Below are positions 36,471 through 49,287 of a stretch of DNA of 64,000 bases, in pieces (the first letter of the stretch is position 1; every line of letters begins with the position of its first letter). The DNA is from Octopus sinensis. Taxonomy: Eukaryota. The DNA lies in the NCBI RefSeq assembly GCF_006345805.1, contig NC_043025.1:4464001-4528000 (forward strand). Reading direction: 5' to 3'. A program made the position numbers and the translations under genes. The notes under the pieces are model-generated. The model saw only the letters and a program-made list of their open reading frames with translations. It was not told the origin of the DNA and ran no database searches.

Positions 36471-39400
36471 ACTTACATACACACACACACACACATATAT
36501 ATATGTGTGTGTGTATGTATATATATATATATATAGGAATATGTACTTACATACAAGGCCAAAGAGGGTACGGGCGTCACTATATATATTATATGTAGAA
36601 AAATACAAACTGGAACAAGAACGCAAAACATTTAGAAGACGATACAAAAAGCACGGACGGGACATTCGAAGCCTTCAATCTTCAGTCAAGAACCAGATCA
36701 TCCTAGCAATTTCGGTTCTTGACTGAAGATTGAAGGCTTCGAATGTCCCCTCCGTGTTTTTTGTATCGTCTTCTAAATGTTTTACGTTCTTGTCCCAGTT
36801 TGTATTTTTCTACATATAATATATATATATATATATATTGCTTAGGTATTGTGAAACCAATAAACCAATGTAGAACTCAGCATATGTATGATCCAGAATG
36901 AAGTTTTGGTTGAGTACAGAGCAGTTATAAGAAAGAGAGATGACAAAGGAATAAACTATTATCTAATGATCTTCCTTAGCTTACAGCTGTTTCTGCTATA
37001 AGATGCTGTGAGCTCATAGCTACGTGCCTGAGTAACATTTTGTAGCTTCATCAGAGCTTCAAATATATACATATACAAATCATACATATGTATATATGTA
37101 CTGTTCCGTGAGGGTAAAATCAGTCAAAAAAAACAGCACTCCATCTGGTGAGAGCGAAATATTATTTAAAGAACACAATATATGTTTTTATGTTTTTGTT
37201 TTTTAATAGAGTTCCTGAAGATTGTGTTAGGACACCAGATGTATTAAAAAAATAGTCTGGCATACTCTCATCACATGAAACTAATAGTAGCACATAAAAA
37301 TATATATTGTTTATTAAATTATATGTACATAATATATATACAAGCACATACACCCATAAATATACACATACGTGGATGTGTGTTTATGTCAGTGTTAGTG
37401 CTCCACCACTGCTTGACAACCAGTGTTGGTGTGTTTACATCCCTACAACTTAGTGGTTCAGCAAAAAAGAGACCAAAAGAATAAGTACCGGGCTTGTAAA
37501 ACAAACAGTAGGGATCGATTCGTTCAACTAAAATTCTCCAAGGCGATGCCCCAGCATAGCCGCAGTCTAATGACTGAAACAAGGCAAGGAAGAGGTGACC
37601 CCCTAAAGAAAAGTCAAAGGCTAAAGGTCAGATGTCAGTGATGAGTTATTGCCTTACCTTATACAACCTTACAGCCTGTTCCATTGGTAGACGCAGATTA
37701 ATCCAGTACTCCACACTACCAAATTTCAACTCCATGTTTGTAGGTTCAATTCCTGGCAAAGTAACACAATAAATTATTTTATCTTCTATATTTTACTGGT
37801 TTCAGCCATGCTAGGGCATTGCCTTGAAAGGTTTTTAATTAAAATTTTAATTAATTTGGTACATCAATCCATTGAAAAAATATATACATAACCACAGGAG
37901 TGGCTGTGTGGTAAGAAGCTTGCTTCCCAACCATATGGTTCTGTTTCAGTCCCACTGCGTGGCACCTTGGGTAAGTGTCTGCTACTACAGCCTCAGGTTG
38001 ACTACCTTGTGAGTGGATTTGGTAGATGGAAACTGAAAGAAACTCGTTGTATATATGCAGGAGTGGCTGTGTGGTAAGTAGCTTGCTAACCAACCACATG
38101 GTTCTGGGTTCAGTTCCACTGCGTGGCATCTTGGGCAAGTGTCTTCTACTATAGCCTCGGGCCAACCAAAGCCTTGTGAGTGGATTTGGTAGACGGAAAC
38201 TGAAAGAAGCCTGTCGTATATATGTATATATGTATGTGTGTGTATGTTTGTGTGTCTGTGTTTGTCTCCCTAGCATTGCTTGACAACTGATGCTGGTGTG
38301 TTTATGTCCCCGTCACTTAGCGGTTCGGCAAAAGAGACTGATAGAATAAGTACTAGGCTTACAAAGAATAAGTCCTGGGGTCGATTTGCTCGACCAAAGG
38401 CGGTGCTCCAGCATGGCCACAGTCAAATGATTGAAACAAGTAAAAGAGTATATATATTGCCGGCAACAATTTTTCTGCACACCTGCCCCTATTTGCCAGA
38501 TTTAGCACCTGCAGACTTCCATCTCTTTCCCAAGATGAAAACGCAGCTCAGAGGTGGCTGTTTTAGCACTGTTGTCGAGATCCAGAGTGAATCCGGAGAA
38601 GGTCCTTGACTTGTTTACGGAAAATGACGACTTCCAGGTTGGATTCCAAAAGTAGCAGTAATGCTGGGATTGGTGTATTGCTGAGCAAGGGGACTATTTC
38701 AAAGGAGATGATTCTTAAATCCTTAAAAATGTTTTAGCCCGAAGGCCGTAGCCATGCTGGGGCACCACCGCTGATGATAAATAAGTTAAATTTTATTAAA
38801 CATAACTAGTTTGGGAACCAGTGGATACCACCTCATAGATATCTACCTGGATTTTTTAATCACATTTACTTATTATTTTATGTATATATCACACGTGATC
38901 ATATGACTGACCAGGCTATCAGATGTTGTTACACATCACTGGTCACAATGTGCTAGGCATAGTTTTAGCCTTCAAACGATGCCACCCCACTGGCTAAGCA
39001 AGCAGGCCAACATTCCCCACTGATTGAAAGGGGAATTGGAGCAACATGAAATGGAAGTGTTTTGCTTAAGAACACAATGTGCCACCCGGTCTGAGAATTG
39101 AACCCATGATCTGGTGATCATGACTGCAAACAGCCTAACTGCTAGGCTACATGCCTATAATAATATATAATCATAAGAGAACCATCCGAACGTGGTCGTT
39201 GCCAGCGCCGCCCCGACTGGCTTCCGTACCGGTGGCACGTAAAAAGCAACATCCGATTGTGGCCGTTTGCCAGCCTCGCCTGGCACCTGTGCCGGTGGCA
39301 CTTAAAAAGCACCCACTACACTCACGGAGTGGTTGGCGTTAGGAAGGGCATCCAGCTGTAGAAACACTGCCAGATCAGACTGGGCCTGGTGCAGCCTTCT

Positions 39401-41053
39401 GGCTTCCCAGACCCCAGTTGAACTGTCCAACCCATGCTAGCATGGAAAGCGGACGTTAAACGATGATGATGATGATGATGATGATGATGAATATATATCT
39501 TAGGTCCTGGCAGGGTATAAAGGTAGGGAATTTCCAGAGAAGCACTCAACCCAAGTCCTGGCTATCAACCCTGTTGGATGCTGGTCTCATCCCAAAATTC
39601 TTCAGCTGCAGAAAATCCTGGTTCCACGATGGTAAAACCATTGTGTGAGTGTGGTGAAGAGTAAACTATAATCCAAATAATAAGATGAAGAAATCCTTTA
39701 ACACCGCTTTAATGAGTCATTACAATTGTTTCTGTATCAACTCTGCTTGCAACACCAGCTTATACATAAAAACAAAGCGAAAATTTACATGATGTACATC
39801 AAAGTGACACTTCATCAGGTTTGCATCAAGGGTGTACACTTAAATTGTTAAAGGATTTCTTTGTCTTCTTATCATTTGGATTATATATAAATATAATATA
39901 TATACATACGGATGTGCAGATGTATGTGTAATTAAATATATTTGGAAGTACTCTGTCGGTTACGACGACGAGAGTTCCGGTTGATCCGATATAACGGAAC
40001 AGTCCTGCTCGTGAAATTAACGTGTAAGTGGCTGAGCACTCCACAGACACGTGTACCCTTAACGTAGTTCTCGGGGATTCAGCGTGACACAGAGAGTGAC
40101 AAGGCCGGCCCTTTGAAGTACAGTACAACAGAAACAGAAGTAAGAGTGAGAGAAAGTTGTGGTGAAAGAGTACAGCAGGGATCACCACCATCCCCTGCCG
40201 GAGCCTCGTGGAGCTTTTAGGTGTTTTCGCTCAATAAACACTCACAACGCCCGGTCTGGGAATCGAAACCGCGATCCTATGACCGCAAGTCCGCTGCCCT
40301 AACCACTGGGCCATTGCGCCTCCACCCTTTGAAATACAGGTACAACAGAAACAGGAAGTAAGAGAGAGAGAAAGTTGTGGTGAAAGAGTACAGCAGGGAT
40401 CACCACCATCCCCTGCCGGAGCCTCGTGGAGCTTTTAGGTGTTTTCGCTCAATAAACACTCACAACGCCCGGTCTGGGAATCGAAACCGCGATCCTATGA
40501 CTGCAAGTCCGCTGCCCTAACCACTGGGCCATTGCGCCTCCATATGTATGTATATATAGTGAAGTAGAACAAACCAATGAGGAATGCTGTGCTGTGTATT
40601 CGACCAGGTGGATGTTCAAAGAGATCACGAAAGGTCAACTGGCAGGCAGCAAGGGTCTGGTAGCTTTGGCCAAGTGACTGCTGGAGTTCCAGGGTACAGC
40701 TGCTCTACATTTGGGACAAACAGACAGAAAGATATGTTAAGATCTGGAATGTTCCAATTTATACGCTTATAAATATATATATATATATATATATACTATA
40801 TTATATATATAGATATATATATATATATATATACATACATATATATATATATATAACAGGAAGGTTTACGAAAATAACAAAAGACGAAGGCAGGTGGAGT
40901 ACAAACAAACAAATGTATTAGTATGGTGCTCAGGAATAGAAATAGAACAGTCTTTTACGTTTCGAGCCTACGCTCTTCGACAGAAAGATACACAGAAAAG
41001 AAACAAGGAGAGAAAAAAATGCGTGTAGGAGCTAATGATCCATTATGGCGTTC

Positions 41054-41087
<34 letters not shown>

Positions 41088-41878
41088 ATATAATATATAT
41101 ATAATATATATATATATATAATATATATATTATATATGTGTATGTATGTATACACATATGCATAAAGAAATATAAGAAAAATACCTACAGATACATGCTG
41201 CACACTGTGTGTGTGTGTATACACAACACACACATGCACACACACACACATCTATATGAACTTGCACACATGAAATATATATGATATACATACATAAATG
41301 TATACACACATACACAAATACAGACTTGCATAACACACACACACACACTGTCTTATAAAACAACAAAAACAAACTAATAAGAAGAGAATTGTAAGAAAAA
41401 TAAAATTTAAACAAAAGAAAAAAATAAAGACTTGAGCAGAAAATAAATAGGGTTTGTTTGTGTGTGTGTGTGAGAGAGAGGGAGAGAGAGGTTTAGGGTA
41501 GGATTTGAAACCTTACCTTCTGGATGTAGTGTAAGAAGAAATCATCAATGGTAATCACGTACTGGGATGTGAAGTCAAAGACAGGTCTTTCAAGAGGAAT
41601 GTTCCAGAACCAGGAAAAAGAGAGAGAGAGTAAGACAGATAGTTATTTCACACTTTGAATGTAGCTGTTGTTTTCTAGCTCCCACATCAGGTACTGATGT
41701 AAAAAAAAACATTCCAGCTATGACCATCCCTTTATAGTGTTCTTATATCTTTTACTTGTTTCAGCCACTGAACTGTGGCCATGTTGGGGCACAACCTTGA
41801 AGGGTTTAGTCAAACATACCGACCCCAGTACTTATGCATTTCTTTTCATATATATTAATACATACACAAACACCACAC

Positions 41879-41927
<49 letters not shown>

Positions 41928-42964
41928 TATATATATTATATATACATACATACATACATATTATATAGACATATATATATAATACATACATACAACATAT
42001 ATATATAAAATATATAATATATTACATACATAACATACCAATATATATATACATACATATATATATATAACATACATATATATATATACATACATATATA
42101 TATATATACATACATATATATATATACATACATATATATATATACATACATATATATACATATTATATATATATATATATACACATATATACATATATAT
42201 ATATATACACATATATACATATATATACATACATTTATATATATATATACATACATACATATATATACATATATATATATACACACACACACATATATAT
42301 ATATATACATACATATATATACATATATATTATACATATACATACAAACATACATATATACATATATACATATACACAAGGTGTTTCAAAAACTTTGATA
42401 TCATTTTGCAATCTAATAACTTTGCCCAGTTCTTGTTCAAACGACTTCAAATTTATTATATACAGTAAGTAATGAAAGATATATTATATATATACTCACG
42501 CAGTTCCACGTATAACGGGTGTAGACTGGAGCTCAAACTCATAAAACTCCCAGGTACAAAACAGAGCCGGTTCAGTATTTTGGAGGGCAGACACAGCTTC
42601 AGTCGTGAGATTAACCTGTTGGAGGAAGGGAGAAGTCAGTAGTAGTGGTCACAACTGTATTGATGGAAGATGCAGGATGTTTCTGACAAAATTTGACAAT
42701 TTGCATAAAAGGAAAAGAAAATACATCACATCCATGAGTAAAAGTATTTAAAAAAAACATCCCTGTAACTTAGCGGTTCAGCAAAAGAGACCAATAGAAT
42801 AGGCACAAGGCTTACAAAGAATAAGTCCCGGGGTCGATTTGTTTGACTAAAGGCGGTGCTCCAGCATGGCCGCAGTCAAATGACTGAAACAAGTAAAAGA
42901 ATAAAAGAATATATATATGTGTGTGCATGTATGTATTTATGTATGAATGTGTGTGTGTGTGCGC

Positions 42965-43057
<93 letters not shown>

Positions 43058-44730
43058 TGTAGAGAATGGTTTGTGTGTTTATGTGTGGCCGTTGCCAGCA
43101 CCGCCCCGATGGGCCTCCGTGCTGGTGGCACGTAAAAAGCACCATCCGATCGTGGCCGTTGCCAGCCTCGCTTGGCCCCCGTGCCAGCGGCACATAAAAA
43201 GCACCATCAGAGCATGGCTGTTGCCAGTACCGCCTGACTGACCCTCGCGCCGGTGGCACATAAAAAGCACCATCAGAGCATGGCTGTTGCCAGTACCGCC
43301 TGACTGGCCCTCATGCCGGTGGTATGTAAAAAGCACCCAATACACTCTCGGAGTGGTTGGCATTAGGAAGGGCATCCAGCTGTAGAAACTCTGCCAAATC
43401 AAGATGGGGCCTGGTGCAGTCATCTGGTTCGCCAGCCCTCAGTCAAAATCGTCCAACCCATGCTAGCCTGGAAAGCAGACATTAAACGATGATGATGATG
43501 ATATATAAATATACAGGCACAGGAGTGGCTGTGTGGTAAGTAGCTTGCTAACCAACCACATGGTTCCGGGTTCAGTCCCACTGCATGACACCTTGAGCAA
43601 GTGTCTTCTGCTATAGCCCCGGGCCGACCAATGCCTTGTGAGTGGATTTGGTAGACAGAAACTGAAAGAAGCCTGTCGTATATATGTGTATATATATATA
43701 TGCGTGTATGTGTTTGTGTGTCTGTGTTTGTCCCCCTAGCATTGCTTGACAACCGATGCTGGTGTGTTTACGTCCCCGTCAATTAGCGGTTCGGCAAAAG
43801 AGACCGATAGAATAAGTACTGGGCTTACAAAGAATAAGTCCTGGGGTCGATTTGCTCAACTAAAGGCGGTGCTCCAGCATGGCCGCAGTCAAATGACTGA
43901 AACAAGTAAAAGAGTAAAAGAATACAGAGAAGGGGAGAAAAGATCGTCTACCTTATGTACATGTATCTCAAATATGTTCTGTCCTCTTTCCAACTGAATA
44001 TTCTCGTCCATTTCATTAGATTTATCCTGGCAACAGAAAGTGTAATCATATCAAAGCCTTTAATAAAACAATATACATTGGTGTAAGGGTACATAAATAT
44101 ATACATATATGAGAATGAGTGTGGTGTGTGTGTGTGTGTGTGTGTATGAAGGGGTGCTGAAAATGTTCCTGGCTTTAGGGAAAAGAAAATACAGGAGTAT
44201 CAGTTAACTATGATTTTATCCAACATTTGATACCAGTGCCGGTGGCACGTAAGCGAACCATCCAAACGTGGCCGTTGCCAGCACCGCCCCAATGGGCCTC
44301 AGTGCCGGTGGCACGTAAAAAGCACCATCCGATCGTGGCCAATGCCAGCCTCGCCTGGCCCCCGTGCCGGTGGCACGTAAAAAGCACCATCCGTCCATGG
44401 CCGTTTGCCAGCCCCGTCTGGCACCTGTGCCGGTGGCACGTAAAAAGCACCCACTACACTCACGGAGTGGTTGGCATTAGGAAGGGCATCCAGCTGTAGA
44501 AACACTGCCAGATCAGACTGGAGCCTGGTGCAGCCTCCTGGCTTCCCAACCCCGGTCGAACCGTCCAACCCATGCTAGCATGGAAAGCGGACGCTAAACG
44601 ATTGATGATGATGATGATATTCCTCTCTCAGATTCACACACTTATTGCAGTGGTCCTTCAGTTTTTGTAAGCCCTGTAAAAGAACTTTTGTGATACCCTT
44701 AAAGACAGGAAATTTTCAACACCCCCTCAT

Positions 44731-44765
<35 letters not shown>

Positions 44766-44948
44766 ACACACACACATGCACGCACACATATATTTGGCAT
44801 TAGGAAGGGCATCCAGCTGTAGAAACACTGCCAGATCAGACTGGAGCCTGGTACAGCCTCCTGGCTTCCCAAACCCCGGTCGAACCGTCCAACCCATGCT
44901 AGCACGGAAAACGGACATTAAACGATGATGACGAATGTGATGATGATG

Positions 44949-44992
<44 letters not shown>

Positions 44993-47900
44993 ACACACAC
45001 ATGAGAGGGTGCTGAGAAGTTCCTGACTTTAAGGGTATCATGAAAGGCCTGGGTGGAGGCCCAATCTTGTTAGTTCTTTTAAAAATCTTAGAAAGCTAAT
45101 AAAGTTTCAAAAATTACATATGTGATTGTGTGTGTGTATGTGTGTTTATACAATACAGATAGAACAGTGCCGTTTAAGAGATGGACGGCAAAAAGCCATG
45201 GTAAGATCATGCTAAGAATATCATTGCCAGAGCATATCTGAAATCAGGTGAGTCAAGGGCAGAGCAGAACAAATGACATGGTCGCACAGTACTGAAAACA
45301 TAAGTTCTGCATGGTCGAACATGTCACACTGTTCACAGACAACAGGTGGCCCTGTGCAGTTTCCGAGTAGTATCCAAGAGATCGGAAAAGGTCTGCGTGT
45401 TGATGGTCTTTCGGAGAGGCACTGAGCAGCTATACGCACACATACACACATGGCAGTAACTTCTGCCTACCGAATTCAATCACAAAGCTCTGGTCGGCTC
45501 GGGGCTATAGTAGAAGACACTTGCCCAAAGCGCCATGCAGTGGGACTGAACCCGAAAACCATGTGCTGGAAGCAAGCTCCCTAACCACACAGCCATGCCT
45601 GCGCCGTCAATGGGAAGATGATTTAGGTAAACGATTTTGGCCAAGATTGAAAAGAGAGGCACAAACAAGAAAGAATTGGAAGCGCACTGTGATCAGTGAG
45701 GTGTAACATCTGACAGCCAGGTTGATACAGTCACAAAGGTGATAGACGACTGCATGTGGTGTGTGCAAGATGTACGATGGTGTATGGCAGTATATGTAAA
45801 TAAAACTAAGGCGGTGAGCTGGCAGAGACGTTAGCACGCCGGGCGAAATGCTTAGCGGTATTTTGTCTGCTGTTACGTTGTGAGTTCAAATTCCGCCGAG
45901 GTCGACTTTGCCTTTCATCCTTTCGGGGTCGATTAAATAAGTACCAGTTACGCACCTGGGGTCGATATAATCGACTTAATCTGTTTGTCTGTCTTTGTTG
46001 TCCCCTCATGTTTAGCCCCTTGTGGGTAGTAAAGAAATAGGTATTTTGTCTGCTGTTACGTTGTGAGTTCAAATTCCGCCAGGTCGACTTTGCCTTTCAT
46101 CCTTTCGGGGTCGATAAATAAGTACCAGTACGCACTGGGGTCGATAATAATCGTTCTTACATCTGTTTGTCTGTCTTCTTTGGTTTGCGTCCCCTCTAAT
46201 GTTTAGCCCCTTGTGGGGAGTAAAGAAATAGGTATTTTGTCTGCTTTGTGTTTGACTTGTGAGTGTCAAATTCTCGCCGGGAGGTCGACTTGCCTTTCAT
46301 CCTTTCGGGGTCGATTAAATAAGTACCCGAGAGACACGCACTGGTGGTCGTAATCATAATCGACTTGAAAATCTGTTTGTCTGTCCTTTGTTTTGTCCCC
46401 TCTATGTTTAGCCCCTGTGGGTATAAAGAAATAGGTAGTTTGTCCTGCTGTGTACTTGTGTAGTTCAAAATTCCGCGCGGGTCGACTTTTCTGCCTTTCA
46501 TCCTTTCGGGGTCGATTAAATAAGTACCAGTTACGCACTGGGGTCGATATAATTGACTTAATCTGTTTGTTTGTCCTCTCTGTGTTTAGCTCCTTGTGGG
46601 TAGTAAAGAAATAAGTATATGTAAATAAAACTCTCAATGGTGTAAGGAAGACACGAATTTTCTTTCACCGAGTGAACGATTCTAGACTTAATAAAGCACC
46701 ATACGAAATCCTCTTACCAATTCCAGAGACAATGCCAGCTTCTGTTGTTTCGTTCCATATGCGATGTCACGTAGCTGGGACTCCATTTTCTGAAAGAGCC
46801 AAGAAGGAATGATTGAAACCTGATAATCAAGCATGGAAATCGAAATCGAAATCGAATTGAACCAGCCAGGATCCCTGGTCTGGTGGTACGTAAAAAGCAC
46901 TATCCGACTCGTGGCCGATGCCAGCACCGCCTCGACTGGCTTCCGTGCCGGTGGCACATAAAATACACCAATCCGACCGTGGCCGTTGCCAGCCTCGCCT
47001 GGCACCTGTGCAGGTGGCACGTAAAAAGCACCCACTACACTCACGGAGTGGTTGGCGTTAGGAAGGGCATCCAGCTGTAGAAACATTGCCAGATTAGACT
47101 GGAGCCTGGTGCAGCCTTCTGGCTTCCCAGAACCCCGGTCGAACCGGCCAACCCATGCTAGCATGGAGAACAGACGTTAAACGATGATGATGATGATGAT
47201 GATGAAGGTGAATCATAAAACTGACGCACAGACAGACATAGATCGTTAAGTTTGCTATCGAGGGGGAGCACTAAGCAACGATAGCAAACCGGGCGAGATG
47301 CTTAGCGGTATTTCGTCTCCTCTATAACAAAACACAGTGAACGCCTGGTTCTCCAGTTCAAACATGCCTCAAGCATAATTAGACTGGTAATAACATTGCA
47401 ATTAAGTTGGTATTGGGATAGGTCAGGGGTTCCCAACCAGTGGTTCCCGACCCCCTGAGGGGTCGCGAAGCCTTGGCAACTCATCAATTACATTTTTTAT
47501 GCTCTGCTGAGAGTAGGGGGCTTGCTTGGGTTTCGAGCTTTTGGGTAAGGGGTTACAAGTGCAAAAACAGTGGGAACCACTGGGAAAGATAATATATAGA
47601 GGGAAAGAGACAAAGATAGATTGAGAAAGAGAGAGAGAGACAGACAGACAGACAGAGAAAGAAAAATATACAAATTGTTGAATTCCCAGATAGACAGGTG
47701 GGTAGAGAGAGAGAGAGAGAAACAAATACACGAAGTCCATCCCCTCCTCACCCTGGTGGGGACGCTGGCAACGGGTAGTGTCAGAGCTATGCCGTCGGGA
47801 ACTTCGGTTCCTGGTTGGGCCACCCAAGGCAGATTGGTCTGACACCGAGTGGTATTAGGGCCGCAACCCGGCAGACAGGGCTCTGGTGAAAATCCTCGGA

Positions 47901-49206
47901 GTGTCTGTTTCGGCAACCGGTGGCCCCTCGGTCGTTCTGTCCCTGCGTCTACTCTTACTCTTTCTTTTTTACTTGTTTCAGTCATTTGACTGTGGCCATG
48001 CTGGAGCACCGCCTTTAATCTAGCAACTTGACCCCGGGACTTATTCTTTTGTAAGCCCAGTACTTATTCTATCGGTCTCTTTTGCCGAACCGCTAAGTGA
48101 CGGGGACGTAAACACATCAGCATCGGTTGTCAAGCGATGGTAGGGGGACAAACACAGACACACAAACACACAGATACATATATATATATATACATATATA
48201 CGACGGGCATCTTTCAGTTTCCGTCTACCAAATCCACTCACAAGGCATTGATCGGCCCGGGGCTATAGTAGAAGACACTTGCCCAAGGTGCCACGCAGTG
48301 GGACTGAACCCGGAACCATGTGGTTGGTAAACAAGCTACTTACCACACAGCCACGCAGCAAACAGGATGTTACTACATGCGGGATTGTTGGGGACCGCTT
48401 GTGAAATTCATATTCCCCACGAAACTTCTTGCACCGCCATGGTTCGAGATGCCTCAAGGGTGGTAGAAGAAGCCGACTCAACCCGCCCAGGGTGAATGTC
48501 GCCACAAATAAGTAAGTAAATACACAACCGCAGGAGTGGCTGTGTGGTAAGTAGCTTGCTAGCCAACCACATGGTTCCTGGTTCAGTCCCACTGCGTGGC
48601 ATCTTGGGCAAGTGTCTTCTACTATAGCCTCGGGCCGATCAAAGCCTTGTCAGTGGATTTGGTTGACGGAAACTGAAAGAAGCCCGTCGTATATATGTAT
48701 ATAGGTGCAGGAGTGGCTGTGTGGTAAGTAGCTTGCTTACCAACCACATGGTTCCTGGTTCAGTCCCACTGCGTGGCATCTTGGGCAAGTGTCTTCTACT
48801 ATAGCCTCGGGCCGATCAAAGCCTTGTGAGTGGATTTGGTAGACGGAAACTGAAAGAAGCCTGTCGTATATATGTATGTATATATATATATATGTATGTG
48901 CGTGTGTGTGTTTGTGTGTCTGTGTTTGTCCCCCTAGCATTGCTTGACAACCGATGCTGGTGTGTTTACGTCCCCGTCACTTAGCGGTTCGGCCTAAGAG
49001 ATTGATAGAATAAGTACTGGGCTTACAAAGAATAAGTCCCGGGGTCGATTTGCTCGACTAAAGGCGGTGCTCCAGCATGGCCGCAGTCAAATGACTGAAA
49101 CAAGTAAAAGAGTAAAAGAGTAAAGAGAGATACAGAGGTAGATACAGAGAGAGAGAGAGAGTGAAAGAGGGAGAGAGAGAGAAGAGAGAGAGAGGGAGAG
49201 AGAGGG

Positions 49207-49287
<81 letters not shown>

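Noticed and set aside
36714-36750. CTGAAGA..TTCGAATGTC in the palindrome arms as a hammerhead
   Set aside because: It lacks the third A of GAAA and stem I pairing; noted only as a resemblance.
39500-39620. Possible extra RPGRIP1L exon after a tttctgcag acceptor
   Set aside because: The two frames I translated from the acceptor hit stops, and the flanking exons already join in phase.
45180-45460. Unique-looking sequence as a candidate exon
   Set aside because: No frame resembles RPGRIP1L or any protein I recognise; no consistent splice pair.
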